Assembly: GCA_044440125.1 (NCBI GenBank)
Contig: JBITAJ010000015.1
Span: forward strand, 32,001 to 96,000
Origin: Sedimentisphaeraceae bacterium JB056
GTDB taxonomy: Bacteria > Planctomycetota > Phycisphaerae > Sedimentisphaerales > Sedimentisphaeraceae
DNA length: 64,000 bases
Direction: 5' to 3'
Below are positions 18,412 to 28,282 of this stretch, one piece after another. The notes beneath the pieces were generated by a model. That model did no database searches. It saw nothing but the letters and a program-made list of their open reading frames with translations, and was not told the origin of the DNA. Each line of letters starts with the position of its first letter. Position 1 is the stretch's first letter. Both the position numbers and the translations under genes were made by a program.

Positions 18412-18969
18412 TCAGCCGGTGAATATTTCCAGTAGAAGAAGCGTGGTTACTATTATCAACTCAAATATGATAATGGTGACCCATTTCTTCTGCTTCAAGA
18501 GTTTGTCGAACGTAAGCTGTCCGAAATCTCCCTTGTTGAGTATTTTCTTCTGGAGAACCGGAAAGCACCATGCGAACAGGGCTGCACCGGCCAGCAATCC
18601 CGGTATTCCTCCAGTGAGTGCATCCAAATAGCCTTTCGCCGCCGCTCCTGATACTGTGCCCGGGCAGTAGCCGAGTATTCCGAAGCCCAATCCGAAAATG
18701 AGTCCGCCTATAAGCGAAGCTCCCCAGGAGCCTTTCTTGATATGAAGTTTGGCTTTTTTGAAATGTACGAGAATGTGTACTCCTGCCATCCCCACGGCGA
18801 TCGCAGTGAATATTATTTTGATTACTGTAAAATCGGTAAGCAGAAGCTGGCCGATAAGTATGTCGTATTCAGTAACTCCACCTTTCTGCAGGAGAAAGCC
18901 GAATATACTTCCGAATATGAGTCCCAGTATCAGTTGAGCCTTCTTATTGTTGTGTAATTTTTCAAGCAT
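18412..18969 (-). CDS. YeeE/YedE family sulfur-compound transporter half
   Basis: GFLLQKG, GGLIFGLGFGILGYCPGT, multiple TMs. Confidence 0.85.
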   Translation of the reverse strand: MLEKLHNNKKAQLILGLIFGSIFGFLLQKGGVTEYDILIGQLLLTDFTVIKIIFTAIAVGMAGVHILVHFKKAKLHIKKGSWGASLIGGLIFGLGFGILGYCPGTVSGAAAKGYLDALTGGIPGLLAGAALFAWCFPVLQKKILNKGDFGQLTFDKLLKQKKWVTIIIFELIIVTTLLLLEIFTG

Positions 18970-18978
18970 TATTTTCTC

Positions 18979-19593
18979 CTATAGAATCCAATGGAAGATA
19001 ATCATTGCTGTGATTATGCCGCTGGCGAACAATGCCATTGTGGCAATCCAACTGCTTACGGCCAGTTGAAGTGTGCCGCTTATTCCGTGACCGCTGGTGC
19101 AGCCTCTTGCCCATCTTGCTCCAAAGCCCATCAGTATACCGCCTATGAAAGCCGCCAACCAACGAAACAGCTGAGAGTCTCCTGCACTTTGCTGCCATCT
19201 GTCGGGAACGAAAACGAACTCAAAATCGCCTGATAAAATCGCAGAGATAAATGAGCCGATTATAAGCCCGAGAACGAACATCCATTCCCAGTTGATCTTG
19301 GGCGGGTTTTCTTTGTAATATTCTCTTTCCTGGGCCTTATTGCCGCGTATTTTCTTTTCTATCATTCCTGATGTCCTTGCGAATGCTCCTGAGACACCTA
19401 TCGCTTCATTTGATATGCTGAAAGTCAGTATGCTCAGTATACCTATTCCTGCACCTACAGCATAGGGAGACCATCGAACCTGCTGGAATATATTTTCGCT
19501 TTCAGTCAATGTGTCTTGCTGTCCATAGGCGGCGTGTGTTAAAAATATCAACACTAATATCAATAGTGTTTTTTGGGTTTTTGTATTGTACAT
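18979..19593 (-). CDS. YeeE/YedE family sulfur-compound transporter half
   Basis: Start re-called at ATG 19593 (AAGGAG RBS); WSPYAVG, GFGARWARGCTSGHGISG. Confidence 0.85.
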   Translation of the reverse strand: MYNTKTQKTLLILVLIFLTHAAYGQQDTLTESENIFQQVRWSPYAVGAGIGILSILTFSISNEAIGVSGAFARTSGMIEKKIRGNKAQEREYYKENPPKINWEWMFVLGLIIGSFISAILSGDFEFVFVPDRWQQSAGDSQLFRWLAAFIGGILMGFGARWARGCTSGHGISGTLQLAVSSWIATMALFASGIITAMIIFHWIL

Positions 19594-19649
19594 TGCTGTC
19601 TCCTTCTTATTTGGTAGAGCGAACTGATTGTAAAATAGTTTGCCGCTTA

Positions 19650-20165
19650 TCAAAACCGGATGTATGCAAAACCGCTCAATTGAAGGTCTATAATTCTTGG
19701 GTAGGCTCCTATAACTATTGTTATGCCTTCTAAGACGTCAGATTTTTGCCAGCCGTTATTTTTCATTGTCGATGCGCACAGCTCAAGTTTAACTCCATTT
19801 TTGAGAAGTTTTTCGATAATATCTTTGTTAGGATTTTCAGGGATTCCTTTTTCTCGTTCGAATGCTTCGTCTTTAAGAAGCATATAGCCGGCCTCGCCGT
19901 GAAAAACACCGTGTATTTGACGGTTACCGCGGTCAACACCGAGTTTGTCGTAAGTGTCGCTGAGTTTTTTGAGGTAATAAAGACCAGATCCTACTCCTTT
20001 TTTACTCCCATCGGATTTGATTTGGTAAACGACTTTTATTCCCTCGGTATGCACAAGGCCTACAGGTTGTTGCTGGTTTTGATTTTGCGTAAGGCCGTTA
20101 TTGCAGCCTGAAATAAATGTAATTACTAAAATTGCTGATATCATGCATATTCGATGATTTTTCAT
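19650..20165 (-). CDS. DsrE family lipoprotein
   Basis: Lipobox FISGC; KVVYQI, VFHG, GVKLELCASTM, LQLSGFAYIR. Confidence 0.8.
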   Translation of the reverse strand: MKNHRICMISAILVITFISGCNNGLTQNQNQQQPVGLVHTEGIKVVYQIKSDGSKKGVGSGLYYLKKLSDTYDKLGVDRGNRQIHGVFHGEAGYMLLKDEAFEREKGIPENPNKDIIEKLLKNGVKLELCASTMKNNGWQKSDVLEGITIVIGAYPRIIDLQLSGFAYIRF

Positions 20166-20761
20166 AATTAATTATTAAGATCCTTTCAGTTGTTATTTGT
20201 TAAAGTTAAATCATTAAATGAAAGATACATATGAAATTTTGAGATTAAGTAATATTAATCATAATTAAAAGTATTTTGTTGTAAATAGGGCAATTTCTCA
20301 TTTTATAGTAAGTTAATCCCTCAAAACAGTTAGTTTAAGCTAAGGGGTATAAGCTTTTCAATTTTTGGATTGTGCCTGATTTTTATCAAAAAACATTATA
20401 AAAGCGAGTTGGAGGCTCCATTATTGCTTGCTTCGGTGAGTGATTTTTAATATAATATCGCTAATTTGGCAAATTTAAAATGAAAGGGCATTTTTTGCTG
20501 CTTTAACAGGCGTGTAAATGGCGTCATGTTATGGTGGTGTGGTCATAATGTCTTTTCCGGTAGAGGTTTATACTCGTCTTTGTCAAACCCAGTATATTGT
20601 AGAGGAAAAACGGTATTGGTTTTGATTTTCTGCGCATCTGTTCGATGCTCTGATATTTGTCGTTTTTTCCTTGAAAATAGGAATGTGATTAATAGAATAC
20701 TGACGAATTTTTCGGTATTCGATATTTTAAGTATAATTATTATGTTCAAGGAGTTTCTATC

Positions 20762-23158
20762 GTGGAAAAATTAAAGGCAATGGCACTAAGCTCAGTTTTA
20801 GGGCTGTCGGCTACGGTTTGGGCCGGCAGTGAAAGCGGCGAAGGCAGCCGCGCTATGTCTGACGGGTCTATTGCACCGTGGATTTGTGTGGGCTCGGCAA
20901 TAATAGCATTGCTGTTCGCAGTTTTCTTCTATAAGAAGATGATGGGTGCCTCTGAAGGTACTGAAATAATGAAGGATATTGCTCAGAGCGTTCGTGAGGG
21001 TGCTTATGCATATCTCTCAAGGCAGTACAAGGTTGTTACAATGGTATTTGCCGTACTGCTTGTAATCTTTTTCATTCTTGCCTATCTTGGCGTGCAGAAC
21101 CCATTTGTACCCGTGGCATTCCTTACAGGCGGTTTCTTCAGTGGTCTCTGTGGTTTCCTCGGAATGAAAACAGCTACTAACGCGTCAGCAAGAACTGCTC
21201 AGGGAGCAAGTGAAAGCCTCAACAAAGGCCTTCAGGTTGCATTCAGAAGTGGTGCAGTGATGGGTCTTGTGGTAGTTGGTTTTGGTCTTCTTGATATATC
21301 TCTCTGGTATATCATTCTTGACAAAGTGGTTTACACAGCATCTAATATGACTAACGGGCTGAGTTTTGCCGGTCTTACACTTGTACATGCGGGCATGGAA
21401 GAAAGCCACAAGCTTGTTGAAATCACAACAACAATGATTACATTCGGTATGGGTGCTTCAACTCAGGCACTGTTTGCACGTGTTGGCGGCGGTATCTATA
21501 CAAAGGCTGCTGATGTTGGTGCCGACCTTGTAGGTAAGGTTGAGGCCGGTATTCCTGAGGATGATCCTCGTAACCCAGCTACTATCGCTGATAACGTTGG
21601 TGACAACGTTGGTGATGTTGCCGGTATGGGTGCCGATCTTTACGAGAGCTATTGCGGCTCAATCCTTGCGACTGCCGCTCTTGGTGCCGCTCTTCCTGCC
21701 GCTGCGGGTATCAATCCGCTTCAGGCTGTTACGGCTCCTATGCTCGTTGCCGCTATCGGTATCATTCTTTCTATCGTAGGTATCTTTATGGTTCGCTGTA
21801 AAGAGAATGCGACCCAGAAGAACCTGCTCAAGAGTCTTCTGATAGGAACGCTGGGCAGCTCAGTTCTTATTCTTGTAGCAGTTGCGATTATGGCTCAGAT
21901 GGAAATCATTACATGGGGTATCTTCGGTTCAGTGGTATCAGGTCTTCTCGCCGGTGTTATTATCGGTCAGATCACAGAATACTACACATCGGATGAATAT
22001 AAGCCAACAAAAGGTATTGCAGAACAGGCTCAAATGGGCCCGGCTACAACTATCATTGACGGTTTCGCTACCGGTATGTTCTCTACAGGTTGGTCTGTAG
22101 TAACTATTGTTATCGGTATTCTCTGTGCGTTTACATTTGCCGGTGGATTCGGCAATATAGCTATAGGTCTCTATGGTATCGGTTTTGCGGCAGTTGGTAT
22201 GCTTGCAACTCTGGGTATCACACTTGCAACAGATGCTTACGGCCCAATCGCGGACAACGCGGGCGGTAATGCTGAGATGAGTGGAATGGGTAAGGAAGTT
22301 CGTGAAAGAACTGACGCTCTTGACTCACTTGGAAATACAACAGCTGCTACAGGTAAAGGTTTTGCTATCGGTTCTGCGGCACTTACAGCTATGGCTCTTC
22401 TTGCAGCTTATATCGAAGAAGTCCGTATCTGGATCGGCCGTCTGGCTAATGAAGCTTCTGACGGTGTTTACCAGGTTGGTAATCTGATGTTCAGCTCTGA
22501 CGGAAGCGTTCCGGGTACTATCGCGGCAAAGACCGCCGAAGTATCTGATTTTGTAACTGCTTACGACCTTACAATCATGAACCCTAAGCTTATATGCGGC
22601 TTGTTCATCGGTGCTATGATGGCGTTTGTTTTCTGTGCCCTGACAATGAAGGCCGTTGGCCGTGCGGCAGGTGACATGGTTAACGAAGTTCGCCGTCAGT
22701 TCAAGGAAATACCGGGTATTCTCACAGGTAAATCTAAGCCGGACTATGCCAGTTGCGTGGCGATATCAACCAAGGGCGCACAGAAGGAAATGATCGTTCC
22801 TTCATTCCTTGCTATAATCGTGCCTGTTCTTACTGGTCTGCTTCTTGGTGTTGCGGGCGTTATGGGTCTTCTCGCCGGTGGTCTTACAGCCGGTTTCGTT
22901 CTTGCCATTACTCTCAACAATGCCGGTGGTGCATGGGACAACGCTAAGAAGTACATCGAAAGAGGCCATTACGGCGGTAAAGGTTCTGAAGCTCACAAGG
23001 CCGGTGTTGTAGGTGATACAGTTGGCGATCCGTTCAAGGATACATCTGGCCCATCGCTCAACATCCTTATCAAACTTATGACAATGGTATCCGTTGTATT
23101 CAGCGGCGTTATTGTCAAATTCGGCCCTCAGATCGCCGAATGGCTCAATATGAAATAA
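20762..23158 (+). CDS. hppA: membrane-bound K+-dependent Na+/H+-translocating pyrophosphatase
   Basis: GGGIYTKAADVGADLVGKVE, DNVGDNVGD, DAYGPIADNAGG, GNTTAA, GDTVGDPFKDTSGPS; AGGAG RBS before GTG. Confidence 0.96.
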   Translation: MEKLKAMALSSVLGLSATVWAGSESGEGSRAMSDGSIAPWICVGSAIIALLFAVFFYKKMMGASEGTEIMKDIAQSVREGAYAYLSRQYKVVTMVFAVLLVIFFILAYLGVQNPFVPVAFLTGGFFSGLCGFLGMKTATNASARTAQGASESLNKGLQVAFRSGAVMGLVVVGFGLLDISLWYIILDKVVYTASNMTNGLSFAGLTLVHAGMEESHKLVEITTTMITFGMGASTQALFARVGGGIYTKAADVGADLVGKVEAGIPEDDPRNPATIADNVGDNVGDVAGMGADLYESYCGSILATAALGAALPAAAGINPLQAVTAPMLVAAIGIILSIVGIFMVRCKENATQKNLLKSLLIGTLGSSVLILVAVAIMAQMEIITWGIFGSVVSGLLAGVIIGQITEYYTSDEYKPTKGIAEQAQMGPATTIIDGFATGMFSTGWSVVTIVIGILCAFTFAGGFGNIAIGLYGIGFAAVGMLATLGITLATDAYGPIADNAGGNAEMSGMGKEVRERTDALDSLGNTTAATGKGFAIGSAALTAMALLAAYIEEVRIWIGRLANEASDGVYQVGNLMFSSDGSVPGTIAAKTAEVSDFVTAYDLTIMNPKLICGLFIGAMMAFVFCALTMKAVGRAAGDMVNEVRRQFKEIPGILTGKSKPDYASCVAISTKGAQKEMIVPSFLAIIVPVLTGLLLGVAGVMGLLAGGLTAGFVLAITLNNAGGAWDNAKKYIERGHYGGKGSEAHKAGVVGDTVGDPFKDTSGPSLNILIKLMTMVSVVFSGVIVKFGPQIAEWLNMK

Positions 23159-23182
23159 TATTGGCCTGTAATAAACAAAATG

Positions 23183-23218
23183 AAAGCCCGGCAGGATTTA
23201 CTCCCGCCGGGCTTTTTT
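23183..23218. terminator. rho-independent terminator
   Basis: aaagcccggcaggattta/ctcccgccgggctttttt. Confidence 0.8.
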
Positions 23219-23242
23219 AATTTCAAGTATCAAGTTTATAAA

Positions 23243-25627
23243 TCAGTCTAACGAAAGCCAGTTATCAGCCATCAATGCTACGTCAACAATATTAACTGTT
23301 CCATCAAAGTCCGCATCGCCTTCAAGTCGAGCAGTCTCTGTTGATGAGCTTAACCACTGTCCGCAAATTATAACAAGATCGTCTTCATCAACATTACCGT
23401 CATAATCTGAATCTCCTCTTGATGCCTGCCAATACAGCTTCGGATATTCGCCGGTATTCTGAAACCATACATCAAGCATTCCGGCAGTATCCTCATTGAC
23501 ATAATCCCAACCGGCACTAATGAATGTACTTTCGCTATTCATCTGGACAGTTGTTTGGCCTGTACCACCGGAGCTTGCTTCAAGCCCTGAAACATCAGTA
23601 TCCCAGAAGCAATTTGTTATTGAGCCCTCATTATAACTGCAAAAACCGCCATCAGAATATGGATCAGTAATCAAACAGGCTGCATAGCAGTCTGAAATTG
23701 TGCCATTAAAGCTGTTTTCTCCGCATAATCCGCCAATAGAACATGAGCCTGTTGCATAGCAATTTGAGATAGTGCCACTGTTAATGCCACACAAACCACC
23801 TGTAGCGGCATAACCTGTAATTGTACCTGTAACATAACAACTTGTAATATTTCCTGCATTTACTGCACATAGTCCGCCAATTGCCCACTCTGAACCTGAG
23901 ATATTACAGCTTTCGATTCCAAGATTTTTAACGCTGCCTCTATCGCCAATATATCCAAAGAGACCGGAGTAATAGTAGTAATCACTTTCTATCGTAAGAG
24001 AAATGATTTTAAAACCATTACCATCGAACGAGCCATTAAACTCTGTCCCACTAAATTCGCCATCACCATCACCATCCATAGCAATCACGGCAGATGTAAA
24101 AATTTCTCCTGTGAGATCAATATCGCAAGTCATCTTAAAATAGCTGCCGTAATCCCAGGTATTAGACCCAAGCTTAATTAGATCATATTTTGTTGTTATC
24201 AGGTATGGATCCGTCTGCGTACCGGAACCACCGCTATATGAACTCGAGTCAAGTGCTGGATATCCTTCAAATATACTTATACTCTCACTCATCAGCCAAC
24301 AACCTTGCGGAGTAAATTCCCAACCGGCATCAGTGAATGTACTTTGAGTTTTCATTTCAACAGTAGTTTTACCTTCTCCACCTACACTTGCCTGCTGGCC
24401 GGAAGTTTGTGTATCCCAGAAACAATTTGTGATTTCACCTCCATAATTATCATAGCCGCACAAACCACCGGTATAGCCTGAACCGGAAACATTGCCCGCT
24501 GAGTAACAATTTGTAATTGTACCGCTATAGGAATTCTCTCCGCATAATCCGCCGGTATAATCAGCACCGGAAGTATCACCGATTGCGTAACAATTTGATA
24601 TCGCAATAGAAGAGTTGCCTCCACAAAGCCCACCGGTATAGTTGCCGGTACTTACTACATCACCTGTGGCATAACAATTTACTATCTCACCTCCGTTATA
24701 CCCTTGTCCATACAACCCGCCGGTATAGTTGCCATAACCGGTAACTGCACCGGTGGCATAACTATTTGTTATAGTACCATCAGAATTCAAACCGCATAAT
24801 CCACCAAAAGAATTGTTACCATAACCTGTAACAGTACCGGTGGCATAACAATTTGCGATTGTACTTCCATTAAAACCACACAATCCACCCGCTTTATTGC
24901 CTGAACCGGAAACATTGCCCGTTGCGTAACTGTTTGTAATCAAAGCATCATTTTCGCCACATAACCCGCCGGTGTCTTCCATTCCATCTACCGACCCTGT
25001 GGCATAACAATTCGTAATTACGCTTCCATTCAAACCGCATAAACCGCCAGTACTGTAACTTGAACCATCAACTCTTCCAGTCGCATAGCATCCTGATATT
25101 GTACCCCAATTTCCACCGCATAGACATCCGGTAGAAAAGCTCCCCGAAACAGTGCCAGTTGCGTAGCAGTCAGCTATAGTACCTTCATTGAGGCCACACA
25201 ATCCGCCCGTGTAGGAATCTCCGCCTGAAATATCGCAGTTTTCAATTCCAAGATTTTTGACAACACCGCCTTCACCAATATATCCGAACAGGCCGGTATC
25301 GTAATTCTGGTTTTCTATTGTCAAATATGTTATTTTGAAGCCGTTACCGTCAAATAAACCTGTAAAAGATGTGCAATCAAATGTCATATCAGTATCTGTA
25401 TCAGGAGAAATAACTGCAGTTGTAAATGTTTCACCCGACAAGTCTATGTCTGAAGTCATCTTAAAGCATTTATCATAATCTCCGACATTCATACCAAGAG
25501 CAATCAAATCAGCTTTGCTCGATACGAGATATGGATCACTCTGCGTACCGGAACCGCCACTGTATGCCCAGATAGTGTTTATATAGCAACTCATCAGACA
25601 AATTGTAACTAAAACAGACTTAAACAT
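23243..25627 (-). CDS. secreted GLUG-repeat protein with two GLUG domains and a C-terminal dockerin-like double EF-hand
   Basis: Signal peptide; duplicated YSGGSGTQ(S/T)DPYL; many TGGLCG...I.NCYATG repeats; GDSDYDGNVD/GDADFDGTVN tail. Confidence 0.85.
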   Translation of the reverse strand: MFKSVLVTICLMSCYINTIWAYSGGSGTQSDPYLVSSKADLIALGMNVGDYDKCFKMTSDIDLSGETFTTAVISPDTDTDMTFDCTSFTGLFDGNGFKITYLTIENQNYDTGLFGYIGEGGVVKNLGIENCDISGGDSYTGGLCGLNEGTIADCYATGTVSGSFSTGCLCGGNWGTISGCYATGRVDGSSYSTGGLCGLNGSVITNCYATGSVDGMEDTGGLCGENDALITNSYATGNVSGSGNKAGGLCGFNGSTIANCYATGTVTGYGNNSFGGLCGLNSDGTITNSYATGAVTGYGNYTGGLYGQGYNGGEIVNCYATGDVVSTGNYTGGLCGGNSSIAISNCYAIGDTSGADYTGGLCGENSYSGTITNCYSAGNVSGSGYTGGLCGYDNYGGEITNCFWDTQTSGQQASVGGEGKTTVEMKTQSTFTDAGWEFTPQGCWLMSESISIFEGYPALDSSSYSGGSGTQTDPYLITTKYDLIKLGSNTWDYGSYFKMTCDIDLTGEIFTSAVIAMDGDGDGEFSGTEFNGSFDGNGFKIISLTIESDYYYYSGLFGYIGDRGSVKNLGIESCNISGSEWAIGGLCAVNAGNITSCYVTGTITGYAATGGLCGINSGTISNCYATGSCSIGGLCGENSFNGTISDCYAACLITDPYSDGGFCSYNEGSITNCFWDTDVSGLEASSGGTGQTTVQMNSESTFISAGWDYVNEDTAGMLDVWFQNTGEYPKLYWQASRGDSDYDGNVDEDDLVIICGQWLSSSTETARLEGDADFDGTVNIVDVALMADNWLSLD

Positions 25628-25950
25628 AATCGAATTTCCTTAAAAATCATATACCTTCTAAAATTCTTAATACTGTTATATATTAAACTAAAATGCAATA
25701 AGACATAGTTTGCGTTTTGTTAGAACCATATTCGAGGTCCTTCTTGTCCTATGTATGTGGTACACAGATAAACTATAAAACCTTATGTAAATTTATTCAC
25801 TGAGATGGAATATGCAAGATGTTTTCAATTTTTCTTTTGTTTATACCAAACGACTCATAGATTATCGTATTAAAATATAGCCTTTTCCCTTGTGTATCAG
25901 TCTTTATTGTAAATAATTTTTATTTTGTTCAAATTTTGTTATAAATACAC

Positions 25951-25979
25951 TTGCTTGATAGTTTGTTTTATAGTAGTAT
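25951..25979 (+). promoter_or_regulatory. sigma70-type promoter upstream of the EF-G paralog
   Basis: TTGCTT (25951-25956), 17-nt spacer, TAGTAT (25974-25979). Confidence 0.5.
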
Positions 25980-26154
25980 TTTCACATCAAGAGTTCCGAT
26001 TGGATTTAGTGGATGATGCGAACGGCAAAATACTGTTTGCCGCTCAATACTTTTGGCTTGAATTGAGGCATGGCGTTAAGCGGCGTCCAGTAATCTTGCG
26101 ATAGCATCGATAGATCTGAAAATATTAATGTTATCCTATTTCGGAGGCAACAAA

Positions 26155-28176
26155 GTGACGAAGATTTCTAATATAAGAAATATCATTTTGCTGGGCCACG
26201 GCGGTTCAGGAAAAACGACTCTGGCAGAGGCCATGTTGCATAAAACTGGCCAAATCAACCGTTTCGGAACGGTTGAGGATGGTACGACTGTTTGTGATTA
26301 TGACGATTTTGAGAAAGAAACCGGTCATTCCATACAATCAGCTATCGTACACACGACGTTCAAAGATCACAAGATCAACATCATTGACACCCCAGGTTTC
26401 CCCGGTTTTATCGGGAGTTCACTTCAATCTATACCTGCTGCAGGTGCCGCATTAATTGTAGTCAATGCAGTCAATGGTATTGAGGTCAACACAAGGAAGT
26501 TTGTTCAGGCGGCAGATAATGCCGGATTGGCAAAAATAATTGTCATCAACAAAATGGACAGCGAAAATGTCGATCTTGCAGAGCTTGTAGCGAACATCAG
26601 AGAAACATTTGGTACTCAGTGCCGTTGTGCCAATCTGCCCAATGGTCATGAAGTTATCGATTGTGTCGCAAATGATCAAGGCGAGTCTTTTATGAGTGCA
26701 TCTGACGCTCATACGGAATTGATCGAAAGCATTATCGAGTGTGATGATGATATCATGGAAGCTTATCTTTCAGGTGAAGAGATAAGCAAGGCTAAGGTTG
26801 AAGAGGTTTTCGTTAAGGCTATGCTTAGCGGAACTATCACTCCTATCGTTTTTACTAATGCTAAAGAGGAAGTTGGTATAGAAGATTTGCTTGAGATCGT
26901 TATTGAAAGCACGCCTTCACCTGACAAAGCTCCTCCTAAAGTAATTACTGACGGAGAAAATGAGACAACACTTACAGCTGATCCTGACGGTCCTCTTGCA
27001 GGTCTTGTCTTCAAGATTGGTGTTGATCCTAAGTCTCATATGAAATTTGCTCATATCCGCATTTTCAGCGGTACGCTCAAGTCAGATACCGCAATGTATC
27101 GAAATAATGACAAGAAATCACTGCGTCCGGGTCATATTCTGGTGAGCCAGGGCGGTGAGACAAGCGAAGTCGAAGCCGGTTATGCGGGAGACATAGTATG
27201 TCTGGCGAAAATCGATGAGCTTCATTACGGCGATCTTATACATGATGGTAAAGTACATGGTGAGTTCTCATTGCCGGTTCTGCCGCAACCTATGTTCTCT
27301 CTTGCTCTTGAGCCAGCATCAAGAGGTGATGAAACGAAGATTGGCGGAGCGCTTGATCGAATCTGTGAAGCAGACCCATGTATCAAAGCCGGACATGACC
27401 CGCAAACTAAAGAACTTGTTATTCGTGGTCTTGGTGATCAGCATCTTAAGATTAATCTTGCGAAGATGGAGTCCATCTATAAGGTGAAGGTTAATACCAA
27501 GCAGCCTAAGATTCCGTATCGTGAAACGATAGTTGGAAAAGCTGAAGGTCATTACAGACATAAAAAGCAAAGTGGCGGTGCCGGTCAGTTTGGTGAGGTA
27601 TATCTCAGGGTTGAGCCGGGTGAGCGTGATCAGGATCCTTCACTTATCACAAGCTGGGATATTTTTGGCGGTTCTATTCCGGGGCAGTTTGAGGCTCCTA
27701 TCATCAAAGGTATTCAGGATGTTATGGCAACAGGCGTACTTGCAGGGTGTCCTATGCAGGATATCAAGGTGTCTATCTATGATGGTAAGCATCACCCTGT
27801 GGATTCAAAAGAAGTTGCATTCCGTGCGGCCGGTAAAGGAGCATTTATTGATGCGGTGAGCAAGGCTAAACCTTCTCTGCTCGAGCCGATAGTTTCAATG
27901 GAAATAACGGTTCCGAGCGAGTATATGGGCGATATAACCGGCGACTTGTCTTCACGTCGCGGACGTGTTCAGGGACAGGATATGCTTGCCGGTAACATGA
28001 TGTGCATTAAGGCGCTTGTTCCGCTTTCTGAGGTTTCTAACTACAATAGTCAGCTCAAGAGCGTTACAGGTGGTCAGGGCAGTTACTCAATGGACATGAG
28101 TCATTATGAGCCTGTTCCGCCAAACGTGCAGCAGCAGATAATAGATAAATATAAAGCTGAAGCTGAAGAAGAATAA
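26155..28176 (+). CDS. fusA: elongation factor G paralog (EF-G2/FusA2 type)
   Basis: GHGGSGKTT, DTPG, NKMD, HKKQSGGAGQFGEV, HPVDS, LLEP; GGAGG RBS before GTG 26155. Lacks canonical GHIDAGKT and RGITI and is not in an rpsL-rpsG-tuf operon. Confidence 0.93.
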   Translation: MTKISNIRNIILLGHGGSGKTTLAEAMLHKTGQINRFGTVEDGTTVCDYDDFEKETGHSIQSAIVHTTFKDHKINIIDTPGFPGFIGSSLQSIPAAGAALIVVNAVNGIEVNTRKFVQAADNAGLAKIIVINKMDSENVDLAELVANIRETFGTQCRCANLPNGHEVIDCVANDQGESFMSASDAHTELIESIIECDDDIMEAYLSGEEISKAKVEEVFVKAMLSGTITPIVFTNAKEEVGIEDLLEIVIESTPSPDKAPPKVITDGENETTLTADPDGPLAGLVFKIGVDPKSHMKFAHIRIFSGTLKSDTAMYRNNDKKSLRPGHILVSQGGETSEVEAGYAGDIVCLAKIDELHYGDLIHDGKVHGEFSLPVLPQPMFSLALEPASRGDETKIGGALDRICEADPCIKAGHDPQTKELVIRGLGDQHLKINLAKMESIYKVKVNTKQPKIPYRETIVGKAEGHYRHKKQSGGAGQFGEVYLRVEPGERDQDPSLITSWDIFGGSIPGQFEAPIIKGIQDVMATGVLAGCPMQDIKVSIYDGKHHPVDSKEVAFRAAGKGAFIDAVSKAKPSLLEPIVSMEITVPSEYMGDITGDLSSRRGRVQGQDMLAGNMMCIKALVPLSEVSNYNSQLKSVTGGQGSYSMDMSHYEPVPPNVQQQIIDKYKAEAEEE

Positions 28177-28192
28177 TTTTCAGATCAATAAT

Positions 28193-28232
28193 CAGAGCCG
28201 GCAGAAGATTTTAACTTTCTGCCGGCTTTTTT
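28193..28232 (+). terminator. rho-independent terminator
   Basis: agccggcagaa-loop-ttctgccggctttttt. Confidence 0.85.
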
Positions 28233-28282
28233 GTATTAAAATCTTATTACTGAACAAAATAAGTGAATATTAAGGAGTTTTT

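Noticed and set aside
20166..20761. Riboswitch upstream of hppA
   Set aside because: No recognisable aptamer consensus or terminator; looks like an AT-rich divergent promoter region. An Rfam scan would settle it.
26021..26045. GGCAAA...TTTGCC hairpin as a c-di-GMP-I riboswitch
   Set aside because: Lacks the GAAA tetraloop/receptor and second conserved stem; kept only as an unknown structured leader
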